Shown here: in pieces, positions 50,061-63,268 of the stretch
Layout of the letters: every line of letters starts with the position of its first letter
Position numbering within the stretch: the first letter of the stretch is position 1
Origin: Vermamoeba vermiformis
Taxonomy: Eukaryota
Length of the DNA stretch: 64,000 nt
Direction: 5' to 3'
NCBI GenBank assembly: GCA_045837725.1
Contig: JBEWZL010000257.1
Coordinates: 1-64,000, forward strand
Position numbers and translations under genes: made by a program
The notes under the pieces: generated by a model
The model's database searches: none
The model's input: only the letters and a program-made list of their open reading frames with translations
Told to the model about the DNA's origin: nothing

Positions 50061-52618
50061 ATGGAGGAAGACGGAATGTAAGATCTCGATTTTCGGAACG
50101 GACTTTAAATAACAATTATATTAGGGCCGGCATATTGTCACTGCCATATGATGCAATTACTTTAATACTACAGTGGCTCTCTATGAATGACCTGGGCCGC
50201 GCTGCATCCGTGAACAAATTATTTGGGACGCTCAGCAATCAGAATTTGGTTTGGAAGGTAAGGTTTACGTTCTAATTAAATTATTGAATACATAAATAAT
50301 ATTTTAAAAAATTATTTTGCACAACGATAAGAATTTTTTGAGATCCAGGATGTTTACTTCTGGAGCTTTGAACGACATCCAATAACATTATTTATAGCAC
50401 CGATATTTCGTGGACTATAAGGTCAAATCGATGAATTATGACGGCAGCTGGAAAGATCTGTACAAGAAAATGCAGCCAATGATCAATTTGAAGAATAAAT
50501 CGTAAGTAACAGCGCGATGGCATTAATAATTGAAAATATTAATAAATATATTTAGGTTTGTATATAGAGTGACTAGCAAGTCATTTCGAATGCCTAGACA
50601 AAACGCTACAATTATGGCGGATTGGCACAGCAGTCAAAATGTTGCTGTAGTACATTGGACGCAATACAATCGAGGGTAAAATACTAGTAATCATATATAT
50701 GAATAGTATAATAATATTTTTGGGCTTAGATCTTACGCTGAGAACGATTTATTGTCGACGGAGTTAATGGATCTGAACAATTTATCATACACGCCGATTA
50801 AATCCACCTTGCCGCGAATGAGTTATATTCCAGTAGGCAATTATTTTGCTGGATTTAGGAAGGGCAACAGTGCTGGCACTGGTACAGTTTATATTTTCAA
50901 AAGAGAACTGGATTTGCCTGGCACCCCGTTATATGTCCTACGTAAGTTTATTTTTAGCCTATAAATAATTAATATAGCATAATTATTTATATTTATGCGG
51001 ATTTAGGTCGCGAAAAAGACGGCAGAAGACCAAATCTGTCGACTGAAGGAAAATATCTGATGCATTATTCCGTGACACTGAATCGGTACGGCGAACATTT
51101 TATCAATTTTATTTTAATTACTAAATTTGGAAATGTTTACAGTGCTATGGATATTGGAATCCACGTCTCAGCAAAAATTTATGATTTCGAAGCCTCGGGC
51201 GATACTCCGATAGCTACCTTTTCCTTTTATGGCAATGTTTGGCAGTTCACGGAAGATTACATCATTCATACGAGAACGGGAGACTATTCTAACGAAGTAC
51301 GAGTGTTTGAGTGGCGAAAGGTAAACTCTAAAAAAAATATTTATTTCTATTATTATTTCCTTATTTATCGTTTTAGGTCAAAGGTGTCGTCGATGACAAA
51401 GACGATATGGTGTTTCTTCATGATCATACAATTAAGTGTGTAGCGATTCACGATCACAAAGTAAGTTTTGACCATTCACCGTTCGTGCATCGGATTAACC
51501 ACGCTATGCTTAGTTATTGTGCTATAGTGTGGAAGGACCATGCTATTTGACACTATGGGATATTAAAACGCAAAAAAAGATCAAACAGTTTGCCACGTTT
51601 CCGTTAGTCAAATGTCGGGTAAGTTTATTGCAGTAAAAGTCGATCAATACTAAGTTTATTACTATAGGGCGTCTCATTAGCCTATATAAACAGCTTTTGT
51701 TATATTGGCTTGAAGAGAACGCAAGACGTTTGGAAACATGCTTTTTTCGATCTGGATCGAGAAGATCTGGTCCGAGTGTTCGAGCTTGACGGAGAATTTT
51801 CTTCAATATTGCCACTAGAAGACGAGAATAATATATTTTCTGGCAAATTTTTGGTTACTACGACCGAGAACGATGGAATTTTGGATCTTTGTCACCCGTT
51901 GATGGCTCATACTTTTGACGTCCTGATTATCCCAACAACGATAGAAAACTTAACAAATCTTGATGCAGACACACTAGCCCGGCACTCAGTCACATTTGGA
52001 CAAATGGTAGCGGAGTTTACTACTATCTGTCAATGCCCGAATAGCTTGTACTTGGACTCGCACGTGGTATACCTTGAGCCCAAAAAGAAACGGTACGTAG
52101 CCGGAAAGTTATTTATTACAATTTATTTGTTCATGAAATGCAATATTATTGCTTTTAAAAAGACAATGGATATTCGACTGCATGAATTTTAGTTCGCAAT
52201 TATTTTTTTCCCGTTATTTCTGCAATCAGTACGGACGGCGAATTAATGTCACTTATTTAGATATACGCTGATTTTCAATGGTAAACATGCGGGAGAGCCA
52301 TCACCTGGTGTCACAAACTGGATTCGAAAATCATCGATAGAACATTATCGTAACACACCAGTCCAAGGCCTTGAATTTGGTTTAGATCCCGCTAAGAAGC
52401 CACAGGCGCCTCGCTTTATGTAAGTATTAGTAGATCATTTAAAACTTTATTTAGAAACTTATGTACGTCTTTGCAGCTGGCGCCGAAACAATCCCGATTC
52501 TCCTTCGGCAGCAGGACTAACAGTGTACGGCCCTTGCGTTTTGATGAAAGAAGTGTGGACTGAAGCCCACGGCTTTGTGCCAAAAACGATTGGAAAGAAA
52601 TTTCGATTTGATGTGTGA
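50061..52618 (+). CDS. F-box protein with beta-rich C-terminal region, multi-exon
   Basis: ILSLPYDAITLILQWLSMNDLGRAASVNKLFGTLSNQNLVWK F-box. The 3' end is uncertain (52423 or 52618). Confidence 0.75.
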
Positions 52619-52713
52619 CACACGTAAACGATCGCATGATTACCAAAAGTGGAATCCGACCTCTGCGTAAGAGTACTTTACTATTTTCTTGAATTGAATA
52701 ACAACGAGGCAAC

Positions 52714-52985
52714 ATTCCGTTGAACCAAAAGCTCGAATGGTTGATTGGCATCAGCAAAGGACTGTCACATCTTCATTCAAACAACATTGTTCATCGTGAC
52801 GTTGCTGCAAGAAACGTGTTGCTGCATCAGAACGAAGCGAAACTGACAGACTTTGGTATGTCACGCATTGTGGATGATGAACAACAACGAGGCACAACCA
52901 AATCTGAACTTGGACCCATTCGATGATGTCTCCTGAGTCACTCAAGCGCAAAGAATACTCCACCAAATCCGATGTTTGGTCGTTT
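52714..52985 (+). pseudogene. Kinase-domain fragment copied from the downstream receptor-kinase family
   Basis: Near-identical to 59790-60063, with a 1-bp deletion (CGATGATG vs CGATGGATG) and no N-terminus. Confidence 0.9.
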
Positions 52986-53431
52986 GAGCAATCGCTCAAG
53001 CCACAAGTTCGTAGGTTTTTCGGAATAATCGTAAGCAAGAATCACTTATACTTACTTTGGTATTATAGTGAGCGATCCAACAACTGGCACACTAGTGTTA
53101 ATAGGTCGGGTTAACTTGCGCACGTCCGCGCTCGAATATCGGAAGAAATTTCAAAGCTAGAAAATTTTTTAACTTGTGATTCGAAAATTGTCGCTTGAAA
53201 ACACGAAAAATCTTATTGTTATAATTATCGCTTTCGAGAAAAAGGAGCTACACGTAAGTAGCCTAAATAATTTGCAAACACAAAAGTAACGCAGTATACA
53301 GGTTAGTTATTCCACTACACGTTACCAACTGCTCTTCGTGTAGTTCAGTACTGAATATTTTGATCAGCAACGGTATTGTACGTATTAAATATTTTTTAAA
53401 CTTTTTTCTGATTCATTTTTTGATTTTAGCG

Positions 53432-56400
53432 ATGCAGATCGACTGTTGTTTCTGCATTCTAGCTGTACTCGTTAGTGTGATGGCTCAAGATGTGCTGAAG
53501 AACGAGCTTTTGCTATCATCTCCTCGATCGGCATTCACATCTATTGAAGTAGATGGCAAGATCTATTTTGCTGGCGGATTCGAAAATGCCGATCGGGCCT
53601 CCTCCACAATCGATGTATTCGATATAGCCACACAAACATGGAACAGTACACTACAGCTCTCTGAACCTCGTGCATTCATCACTCCAGCAGTTGTTCCTCC
53701 GCACATGTACTTCGTTGGTGGAAGACGTTTTGACTTCGAAACTGATGCTTATCTTTACAATTCTGGGCCTCCACAAGAGTTAAATAGGATTTTAAAGCCT
53801 AATTTGAAAGATCCACAGCACGTATCGATTCACGGAACAACTTTGTTTGTGCTCGGATCGTTTCAAGCGGAGTTTATGGATCTGACGAACACGACCGCTG
53901 GATGGTCACCTAAAGAAGACCTTGATCGTGTCTATCAAAGAATAGCAGGCGGAGTCAAGTTTAGCCACGAGAACTTGATTTTCATGTTTGGAGGTGTCAA
54001 CGTGTCATCACGTCAACCACTCACTGATGCTTGGTTCTTCGACATTGACTCATCGAACCTGACTCACTATGAGAACGTGATCAATCCAATTGGCTTCATT
54101 GGCAGCGACGAGTACTCTTACTCGGTAACCAATGATGTTATGTCAGTGTGGACGAGAAGTGGAGATGTCATTCTGTTCAACATCGAGACTTCCAAGTGGC
54201 TCAATCTTACAATTGACGACGTCAATAACGTCATCAGCGTGCCTGGCTTCACATTCATAATACAGTCTAATGGCTACTTCACCGTTGATTGGACCAAACC
54301 AACTGCGGAACCTTTCTTCACATCGCTTGGATCGATCGTTCACACACTTGGCTATGAAGATCAAGCAGCGTTCATCTACAACGAGCGCGCTGGTGATACT
54401 AAAATGCAATGCACTTCTAATGGCACGTGGACTACGATTAGCATAGCTCAATCAATAGAAAAGGTTTCGTTTGCCACGACTTGGCCGTCACATGGCTCAG
54501 TCTTTGCAATCGATCAAGGTTTCTATCTGCTCAGCAACTGCAATGTGACCTACGTTCCTCGAGAACGAATCCAGTCCATTGTTGTCTCGGATCCATCAGA
54601 TCTGCTCTACGTGCTAGTCGGAACAGCTTCAATCACCACTTATGACATTCAAATCTACAATTCAACGCTTGTTAATGTGGATTCAAAGACCGTCCCGCAG
54701 ATCCGGCCGGATCTCTGCTTTGACAACTTGTTGATTGACTTCACGAATTCCGTGGCAGTGTCAGTTGACACGTCGCTTTCAGTCGAATTTTTCAACGGAA
54801 TGTTTGGTACTGGTACTCTATGGGCAGTGCAAGGCGAGTACTTTGTTGCAGTCATAGCGCGACCTTCCTCGGCCTATTTCTCTACTAAAATGGACATATA
54901 CAACTACAAGAACAACACGTGGATGGACCCGGCGACTGTATCAATCGGCCAACTTAATCCAAATTTCAACCAAGTATTCAATGTGGACGGAGTTCTTGGA
55001 TTAATTGCATCTGATAGAATGCTGAAATTTAACATAACGACTTACAATTGGACTGAAGAACCATTACCAACTGCTGGCAGAGCCAGTCTTCCATCAATGG
55101 CAATTAGCCCTGTGGTTGTCGAAGTCAATGGCACTGCGTACACAACAACGAGTTTTGTTCTGCTGAGGATATTTGCAGATGGTGTTCGAGACTCAGTTTT
55201 GATCAATGACGAGCACAATCCAACGCAAATTATTCATCATAAAGCCACCAATCAGCTCTTTATTTCAACGTACCAAAGTAGGATCTACACGTGGGACATT
55301 GACAATCGGAACCAAGATGTCTTCTTGTTCCCGAGACAGAACGAACCCGAATTGGTCATTGCGACGAGCGGAAACTTTCTCTTGACTAGTGCAACCTCAT
55401 CGGAGCAGTTTGATTATTGTGACTTGTCGTCCTCAGGGTGGGGCAATGTGACAGGTGTCAACAACTACTTTCGTCCAGCAACGATGCGAAGCTTCACTTT
55501 CAACGGCACAGATCTCATTCTGACTGCTGGTGGTCAGGACAAAGCGTTTAATTTTTACACGGACTCAGTCAGGTTGTTCGACATTAGCTTGTTACAAGCG
55601 CTTCCTGCACCTCCGAGTGCACCATTCGCTGCAGTAGCCAGTCCCGATGAGCACGCTACAGATAATACAACGCTGATTGTTGCAATTGTAGTGCCTGTTG
55701 GTACTGTGTTTATCGGCGGTGGTTTGTTGGCGTTCTTCTTGATCAGAAGACACAAGAAACGGAAGAGTCGCGGCACTCCAATGTCAACTATCGGTCTCCA
55801 AAGTCAATACGGACAATGGTTCATTCCGTTCTCTGATCTCACATTCCACGAGCAACTCGGACAAGGAGGAAGTGGTCAAGTGTTCAAAGGCAGTTGGAAG
55901 AATACATCAGTGGCACTCAAACTGAGCATGACTCAAGCGAACAACAGTGTGATCAGTGAACTCTCGCTGATGATGCAACTTCGACCTCATCCCAATGTGG
56001 TGCAACTTCTTGGCTTCAGTGTGCATCCAGAGACAGACAGCATCGTGTTGGTGCTCGAGTACTGCAATCAAGGTGCGTTGGATGAGATCTTGTTCAATGA
56101 CAAAACATCGATTCCGTTGAAACAAAAACTGGAATGGTTGATTGGCATCAGCAAAGGACTGTCACATCTTCACTCAAACAACATTGTTCATCGTGACGTT
56201 GCTGCAAGAAATGTGTTGCTGCATCAGAACGAAGCGAAACTGACAGACTTTGGCATGTCACGCATTGTGGATGATGAACAACAACGAGGCACAACCAAAT
56301 CAGAACTTGGACCCATTCGATGGATGTCTCCTGAGTCACTCAAGCGCAAGGAGTACTCTACTAAGTCAGGTAACAATTGGCAAACAAACTTGTGAATATT

Positions 56401-56672
56401 CGTTTACTCATCCATGCACTGTGTTAGACGTTTGGTCGTTTGGAATCGTCGCTTACGAGATCCTTGCTCAACAAGAGCCTCACGCGGACGCTGACCCAAT
56501 CCAAATTGGTCAAGAGATTCGTGACTCAGGGCTGACACCTCACCTTCCTGACACGTGTCCAAGTGAACTCGCATCGGTGATCAAGAGCTGTTGGCACATG
56601 GAACCATCACAACGACCAAACTCTGAACATATCGTCTCCCAGCTTGAAAGCGTGTTGGCCGTTCTTCAGTGA
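53432..56672 (+). CDS. Receptor tyrosine-kinase-like protein 1: signal, Kelch-like ectodomain, TM, kinase; one intron 56370-56427
   Basis: KIYFAGG/IFMFGG Kelch motifs, TM, GQGGSG, VALK, HRDVAARN, DFG, GPIRWMSPE. A GT-AG intron restores KSDVWSFG. Confidence 0.92.
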
Positions 56673-57098
56673 AGGAGTACGTCTAGCGAATCACACGTGC
56701 GTTTGGAATAAGATTTTCTTTTCGTTCTTCTAACGCAGCATTTAGACGTTTTCCGTTTGACGTCAAAGTAAACAAAAATTTTGAAGAGCTGGTAGTTTGT
56801 ATACACATATTCGAAAATATCGGCGGAGATTTCGTATCGCACGTGACGCGGTGAATCAACGATAATTAATTGACAACACTTGCAATCGTATTATATTTAC
56901 TTTGGCAATACCAATCGCTATAGTGCACGTAGGTGAGTAAATTAAATTGGATAAATACGATAAATAATCGTTAACGACAGGATTTGTGAATTCAGAAGTG
57001 GCTGCTGCTTCTTATTTTAATTGAGCCAAGATACGCGACATCATTGTTAGTACTAATTAATTAAATGAATTTAATCTGATTCATTTTTTGATTTAGCG

Positions 57099-60000
57099 AT
57101 GCAGATCTCCTACTGCATCTTGATTCTACTTCTGTCATTGAGCGCGCTGACACAAAACGTGCTTAAAAGCCAGCTTTTGCTATCATCTCCTCGATCGACA
57201 TTCACATCTATTGAAGTAGATGGCAAGATCTATTTTGCCGGCGGATTCGAAAATGGAGATCTCGCTTCATCGGCAATCGATGTCTTCGATATAGCCACAC
57301 AAACCTTGAATACTACGTTGGAACTATCAACACCTCGATCCTACATCTCTCCTGCGGTTGTTCCTCCGCACATTTTTTTCGTTGGTGGATGGCGTTTGCA
57401 GTTCAACACCGGCGCTTACCTCTACAGTTCTGGGCCTCCAAGAAATTTAAACAACCTCGCAAACGTTAATGTTAGAGATCCTACGCAGATTTCTATTTAT
57501 GGAGCAACGTTGTTTGTGCTTGGATCGCACAATGCGGAGTTCATGGATCTTACAAACACGACTTCTGGATGGTCAATAATAGAAGAGGTTGATTACGTAC
57601 TCCAGAGAATAGCAGGCGGAGTCAAGTTTACCCACGAGAACTTGATTTTCATGTTTGGAGGTGTCAACGTGTCATCACGTCAACCGCTCACTGATGCTTG
57701 GCTCTTCGACATCGACTCATCGAACATGACTCGCTATGAGAACGTGATCAATCCAATAGGCTACATTGGTAGCGACGAGTACTCTTTCTCAGTGACGAAT
57801 GATGTTATGTCAGTGTGGACGAGAAGTGGAGATGTCATTCTGTTCAACATCGAGACTTCCACGTGGCTCAACTTGACATTTACAAAAGTTATCGACGTCA
57901 TTAGCGTGCCTGGCTTCACATTCATATTCAAATCCGGTGCATTCTTCACTGTCGATTGGACACAACCGAACGCGGATCCATCGGTGACTGCACCGACCGC
58001 TCAAATCATTCTCACCGTTGACTATGGCGATCAAGCAGCGTACTTCTACAATGAAGATTCTGTTGCAACAACAATGCGATGCACTACTAATGGCACGTGG
58101 ACAAATACTAGCGTTACTCCGTTGATAACAAGTGTCACAAAGACTCTGTTATGGCCATCATATGGCTCAGTTATCGTAACGGACCAAGGACTCTACTTGT
58201 TCAATAACTGCAGTGTGACGTTTACAGCACTATCTCGGATCCAAACAGTCGCTATTTCATATCCATCAGCGGATCTACTCTACGTGCTCGTCGCAATTGA
58301 AAACTCTCTAACTGCCAGTCTTCGTATCTACAATTCAACGCTTGGTTTTGTGCAATCACATTCCGTGCCGTTGATGAATATCGATCTCTGCTTTGATAAC
58401 ATGCTAATTGACTTCACAAACAAAGTGGCACTGAGCATTAACACGTCGCTTACAGTCGATATTTTCAACGGACCATTTGGTTCAGGTACTTTATGGGCAG
58501 TGCAGGGCGAGTACTTCGTTGCAGTAGCTGCCCAGACTAATTCTGCCGAGTTCGTTTCTCAAGTGGATATCTACAACTACGAGAATAACACGTGGATGGA
58601 ACCAGCGACTGTGTCAGAAGGGCAACTGAGCTCGGGTTACAACCAAGCATTTAATTTGAACGGAGTTCTTGGAATATTGACGACCACTGGAATACTGAAG
58701 TTTGATATAACTACGTACAATTGGACCGAAGAACCATTTATAGATGGCAGTAAAAACAAACTTCCAGCTATGACGATTGGCCCTGTGGTTGTCGAAGTCA
58801 ATGGCACAGCGTATGCAACAACAAGTGTTGTCCAGCTGAAGATTTTTGCAGATGGTGTTCGAGACTCCGTTTTGATCGATGACGAGCACAATCCAACGCA
58901 AATCATTCACCACAAACCGACCAATCAGCTCTTCATCTCAACGTACCTAACTAGAATCTACACGTGGGACATTGACAATCAGAATCAAGATGTGTTTTTT
59001 TTCCCGAGACAGAACGAACCAGAGTTCATCATTGCAACAAGCGGAAATTTTCTCTTGGCCAGTGCTATCACATCAGAACAATTTGATTATTGTGACTTGT
59101 CGTCTTCGAGATGGGACAAGGTGACAGGTGTCAACAATTACTTTCGTCCATCATCGATGCGAAGCTTCACTTTCAACGGGACAGATCTCATTCTGACTGC
59201 TGGTGGTCAGGATAAGAAGTACTTGTTCTGCACAGACGTAGTGAGAATATTCGACATTAGCTCATTGGAGCTACTTCCGCCCATACCTGAGAGCGAACCC
59301 CTTGCGCCAACGTCCGGTCCTGACAATGGTCGTCCATCTGACAACACGACACTGATCGTCGCTATTGTAGTTCCGGTTGGCACTGTTCTCATCGCAGGTG
59401 CTTTAGTGGCGTTCTTTTTGATCAGAAGACACAAGAAGAAAAAGAGCAGAGGCAACAGAGCATCAGTGATTGGTCTCGAAAATCAATACGGACAATGGTT
59501 CATTCCGTTCTCTGATCTCACATTCCACGAGCAACTCGGACAAGGAGGAAGTGGTCAAGTGTTCAAAGGCAGTTGGAAGAATACATCAGTGGCACTCAAA
59601 CTGAGCATGACTCAAGCGAACAACAGTGTGATCAGTGAACTCTCGCTGATGATGCAACTTCGACCTCATCCCAATGTGGTGCAACTTCTTGGTTTCAGTG
59701 TGCATCCAGAGACAGACAGCATCGTGTTGGTGCTCGAGTACTGCAATCAAGGTGCGTTGGATGAGCTCTTGTTCAATGACAAAACATCGATTCCGTTGAA
59801 ACAAAAGCTCGAATGGTTGATTGGCATCAGCAAAGGACTGTCACATCTTCATTCAAACAACATTGTTCATCGTGATGTTGCTGCAAGAAACGTGTTGCTG
59901 CATCAGAACGAAGCGAAACTGACAGACTTTGGCATGTCACGCATTGTGGATGATGAACAACAACGAGGCACAACCAAATCAGAACTTGGACCCATTCGAT

Positions 60001-60290
60001 GGATGTCTCCTGAGTCACTCAAGCGCAAGGAATACTCCACCAAATCCGATGTTTGGTCGTTTGGTATTGTCGCCTTTGAGATCATCGCTCAACAAGAGCC
60101 TCACGTTGACAAAGATCCCATTCAAGTCGGTCAAGAGATTCGTGACTCAGGACTGACACCTCACCTTCCTGACACGTGTCCGAATGACTTGGCATCGGTG
60201 ATCAAGAGTTGTTGGCACATGGAACCATCACAACGACCAAGTTCCGAGCAAATCATTTCACAACTTGAAGACGTTTTGTCGCGCTTGTAA
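57099..60290 (+). CDS. Receptor tyrosine-kinase-like protein 2 (tandem paralog, intronless CDS, 1063 aa)
   Basis: Same architecture and motifs as 53432-56672. Confidence 0.95.
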   Translation: MQISYCILILLLSLSALTQNVLKSQLLLSSPRSTFTSIEVDGKIYFAGGFENGDLASSAIDVFDIATQTLNTTLELSTPRSYISPAVVPPHIFFVGGWRLQFNTGAYLYSSGPPRNLNNLANVNVRDPTQISIYGATLFVLGSHNAEFMDLTNTTSGWSIIEEVDYVLQRIAGGVKFTHENLIFMFGGVNVSSRQPLTDAWLFDIDSSNMTRYENVINPIGYIGSDEYSFSVTNDVMSVWTRSGDVILFNIETSTWLNLTFTKVIDVISVPGFTFIFKSGAFFTVDWTQPNADPSVTAPTAQIILTVDYGDQAAYFYNEDSVATTMRCTTNGTWTNTSVTPLITSVTKTLLWPSYGSVIVTDQGLYLFNNCSVTFTALSRIQTVAISYPSADLLYVLVAIENSLTASLRIYNSTLGFVQSHSVPLMNIDLCFDNMLIDFTNKVALSINTSLTVDIFNGPFGSGTLWAVQGEYFVAVAAQTNSAEFVSQVDIYNYENNTWMEPATVSEGQLSSGYNQAFNLNGVLGILTTTGILKFDITTYNWTEEPFIDGSKNKLPAMTIGPVVVEVNGTAYATTSVVQLKIFADGVRDSVLIDDEHNPTQIIHHKPTNQLFISTYLTRIYTWDIDNQNQDVFFFPRQNEPEFIIATSGNFLLASAITSEQFDYCDLSSSRWDKVTGVNNYFRPSSMRSFTFNGTDLILTAGGQDKKYLFCTDVVRIFDISSLELLPPIPESEPLAPTSGPDNGRPSDNTTLIVAIVVPVGTVLIAGALVAFFLIRRHKKKKSRGNRASVIGLENQYGQWFIPFSDLTFHEQLGQGGSGQVFKGSWKNTSVALKLSMTQANNSVISELSLMMQLRPHPNVVQLLGFSVHPETDSIVLVLEYCNQGALDELLFNDKTSIPLKQKLEWLIGISKGLSHLHSNNIVHRDVAARNVLLHQNEAKLTDFGMSRIVDDEQQRGTTKSELGPIRWMSPESLKRKEYSTKSDVWSFGIVAFEIIAQQEPHVDKDPIQVGQEIRDSGLTPHLPDTCPNDLASVIKSCWHMEPSQRPSSEQIISQLEDVLSRL

Positions 60291-60451
60291 AATTTACAAT
60301 AACACTGATTCTGCTACATTGTGTCTGACAGCAAGACTAGCTTACGAAATTGCACCGTTTTCAAAATTAAAAAATACGATATTAGTATTGTGTCAAGACT
60401 CACCATTAACGTGAATCTAGATCGAAGAAAGAGACTGGGTCAAAGTAAATA

Positions 60452-62051
60452 TTAATTTTCATTCAGCAGTGCTTCGCTTTTGCTCTTCAATTCGTCCTCG
60501 TTTGTGATTACTGGTGCATCCAAAAGTTTGTCTTGAATGAACTTCATCGGCAAGAAGTTGAAGCCCATTTTCTGATAATTAATTGGGTCTGCTATAATCC
60601 TCGATGCGTTTTGCCATTTTTGAACGTCGATTACATTCGGTCGAACGGGTCCTGAGCTCTCGTACAGATTTCGCAGCAAAAATCCATAAAGTGCTAAATT
60701 AATCCTATTAGAACTATATTACTTAATATAGATAGTATTCGTACGTAAGTAAGGAATAATAGGCGGATATAAGTTTTCTACAAGCTCCAAATGTTCGCGA
60801 CCTTCATTTTCAACGATTTGTTTGTATCGTTTTTCCAGCACTGCGTAATCGACTCTAATATCCTAAAACAAGATTAGTATGTTAATTTGAAATTTAATGA
60901 TTAATTTAGGTGCCTACTTTCTCTTTTAACTTCACGAAGGGGTGGATGTACTTTGAAGTTAGTGCATCCATAATTGATTTGAATCCAACAAAGTTATTGA
61001 ACTCAAATATTTGTCTCGCTACTTTAATAAACTTCGTCGTGTATTTGAGTCGTTCTTCAGCGGTGTTGCCGTTCAAAATGTATGACACGATGACACGTGT
61101 CACGTGTGTGCAATATTTGTGCCATTCAGCGCACTCCACTTCAAATGTAGATATGCCTAACATTAGTATTTGGTGCGGAGAAACATGTTCAAAGAAATGT
61201 CCGTCCATTAGCGTCATTTGTCGGGCTATTTCCAAGTACGGCAACTCGAACAATTTCTTATTCGCGTGTGTAGCTTCATCGACAAGTACTGATGGGAAAG
61301 GAATTGAAGTTGGAATAAATTTTCTATCTACTTTCTCTACCGCCTAAATTCAAAGATTAAAAAAATTATCCGAAAAAAATGTCCGATTCAGATCTGCTCC
61401 TGTAACAGCGAAGAACTTTTTACGTACTATTCGAAGAGCTTGCTTTAAGTGATGTATGGCCGAGTCAAATTTATTTATAGGAATTGTCCCCAATTCTGCA
61501 ATTAAATCTTCGAGCTGAATCACCAAAGACGGATCTCGGGATAAATCGTGCCACCCAATCGTTAAAAGCCAGCGTCGTAATAATGATCCTAATCTATAAT
61601 TATCCAATAACGTTAGTTCGTAACTAATAAACGAATATACCGTAGTATACTTGATATAAATGGCCCCGAATTCGAGATCTGACAGCTCTTGCGCGGCTCT
61701 GAACGTATTTCAAATTAAAGAAAATAAATAATAAATAATTGAGTATATTTATGCTATTTTTTGAAGGATATCTATTGCGGAACTGTTCCATTAATTCAGA
61801 TCCGGATGTAAACATTGTGTAGGTCGTTAGGAACCGGTCCACCATATAAACGTCTATAAATAAATTAGTTAAATATTATATTATTATCTGTAACGTATTT
61901 TACTGAATTTAAGGGAAAAAAAAGTTGGAATGTCAAACAGATCAAATAAGAAAATCGTAAATTAATTACCCCATCGTGAAGTAATCCGCTTTACTAATTG
62001 CGGCAGCGTTAGAAATCTATCTTCTTCGGCTAGAACGAACGGTTGTTGCAT
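60452..62051 (-). CDS. RasGEF (REM + CDC25 domain) protein, multi-exon
   Basis: RFLTTYTMFTSGSELM (REM); EIARQMTLMD, KFIKVA...NNFVGFKSIMDAL, PPIIPYL (CDC25). Confidence 0.85.
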
Positions 62052-62309
62052 TGTGGTGAAATTCACTCGGGAAAAAGATTTTGCACTAATTTTTTGCAAT
62101 TAACACACGCGTTTCAATTTTCTTACGCTTTCGGAGTAGCTCCGTAACATACCAAACTCTTACTATATTGCATATCTTCGTCGATAAAGCACTCTTAACG
62201 TATTGAATTTAACAACCAAGATCTGTGGCTGGATATGCAATCGGATCCAAACCACAAATTTATCGTATTAACAATATTTTACTCTTATTTACAAATATTA
62301 CAATGCATA

Positions 62310-63268
62310 TTACCCGTAATTTCGTAGTTTTTCGCCTTCAGCCTGCACAAACGCTTCATCAATATCATCTTGCGAGAATTCTTTTCCTTTGAATTCTTCC
62401 AAGTCAATTTCTCCGTCTTCAAAGCTCTTAATAATTCTAGGAACTTCTTTGTCGATAAAATAGAACGGCAATGACTGGTACATGGACGGACAAATCACGG
62501 TATAATCCAACACTATCTTGTTGATGTCCTTATATAATATTGCTGCCGTTTTTAATGCGTTTTCCCATAATGCCTCACGTTCTCTTCGTAAAATTTCTAA
62601 TTGACGATTGTATTCTGCCTGTAATTGCGCCTGAAAAAAAATCAAAAAATTTAAAAAAATTCCTCTGTGGCTCACGAAACCACTAATAGGACATAAAATA
62701 ATATATATAATAGTATTAGTATTATTATATTAATATTTGGACTAATTACCTCAAATTTCTTGCGCTGTTCAGGAAAGAATTTGTTGAAAATGTAGTTTGC
62801 TATCTTGCTCTCAAAGCGATTTGCGTCGCTGAAATCTGGCTTAGGCAATGGCTCGTGAATATCCCTATTTAGTAAACCGGTTAATTATTGCTTTAAAATG
62901 CGAGATCCAAATCCGATCGAAAAAACTTTCGGACATTTGTTAACTTGGGAATTAAAATATTCTATTAGTTGGCTTACTTTAAGAAGCAAAAATAATATGT
63001 TTGCTTGAGCATGCCACGAGTAATGCGTAATTCAGTTAAAATATGGTTTTTCATTCGGATCCACATTGGCACGTATCTACAATTGATAAAATTAATACTA
63101 CGACGGATTGCTATATAAATATGATAAGACATGCCCTCTACGAGCCATAAAATCCTCCTGAAAGTTTTTTGAGCCCATCCGTTTAGATTTGACGTAAGTT
63201 GAGCTTGATGCGCTTGGCTTTCCACTCGGCTTTGTGCCAAGCAATACATAATCATCTTCGTCATCCAT
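62310..63268 (-). CDS. Hypothetical protein, multi-exon
   Basis: ATG 63268 (MDDEDDYV...), GT-AG-bounded exons, and a coiled-coil/acidic last exon ending at 62310. Confidence 0.5.
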
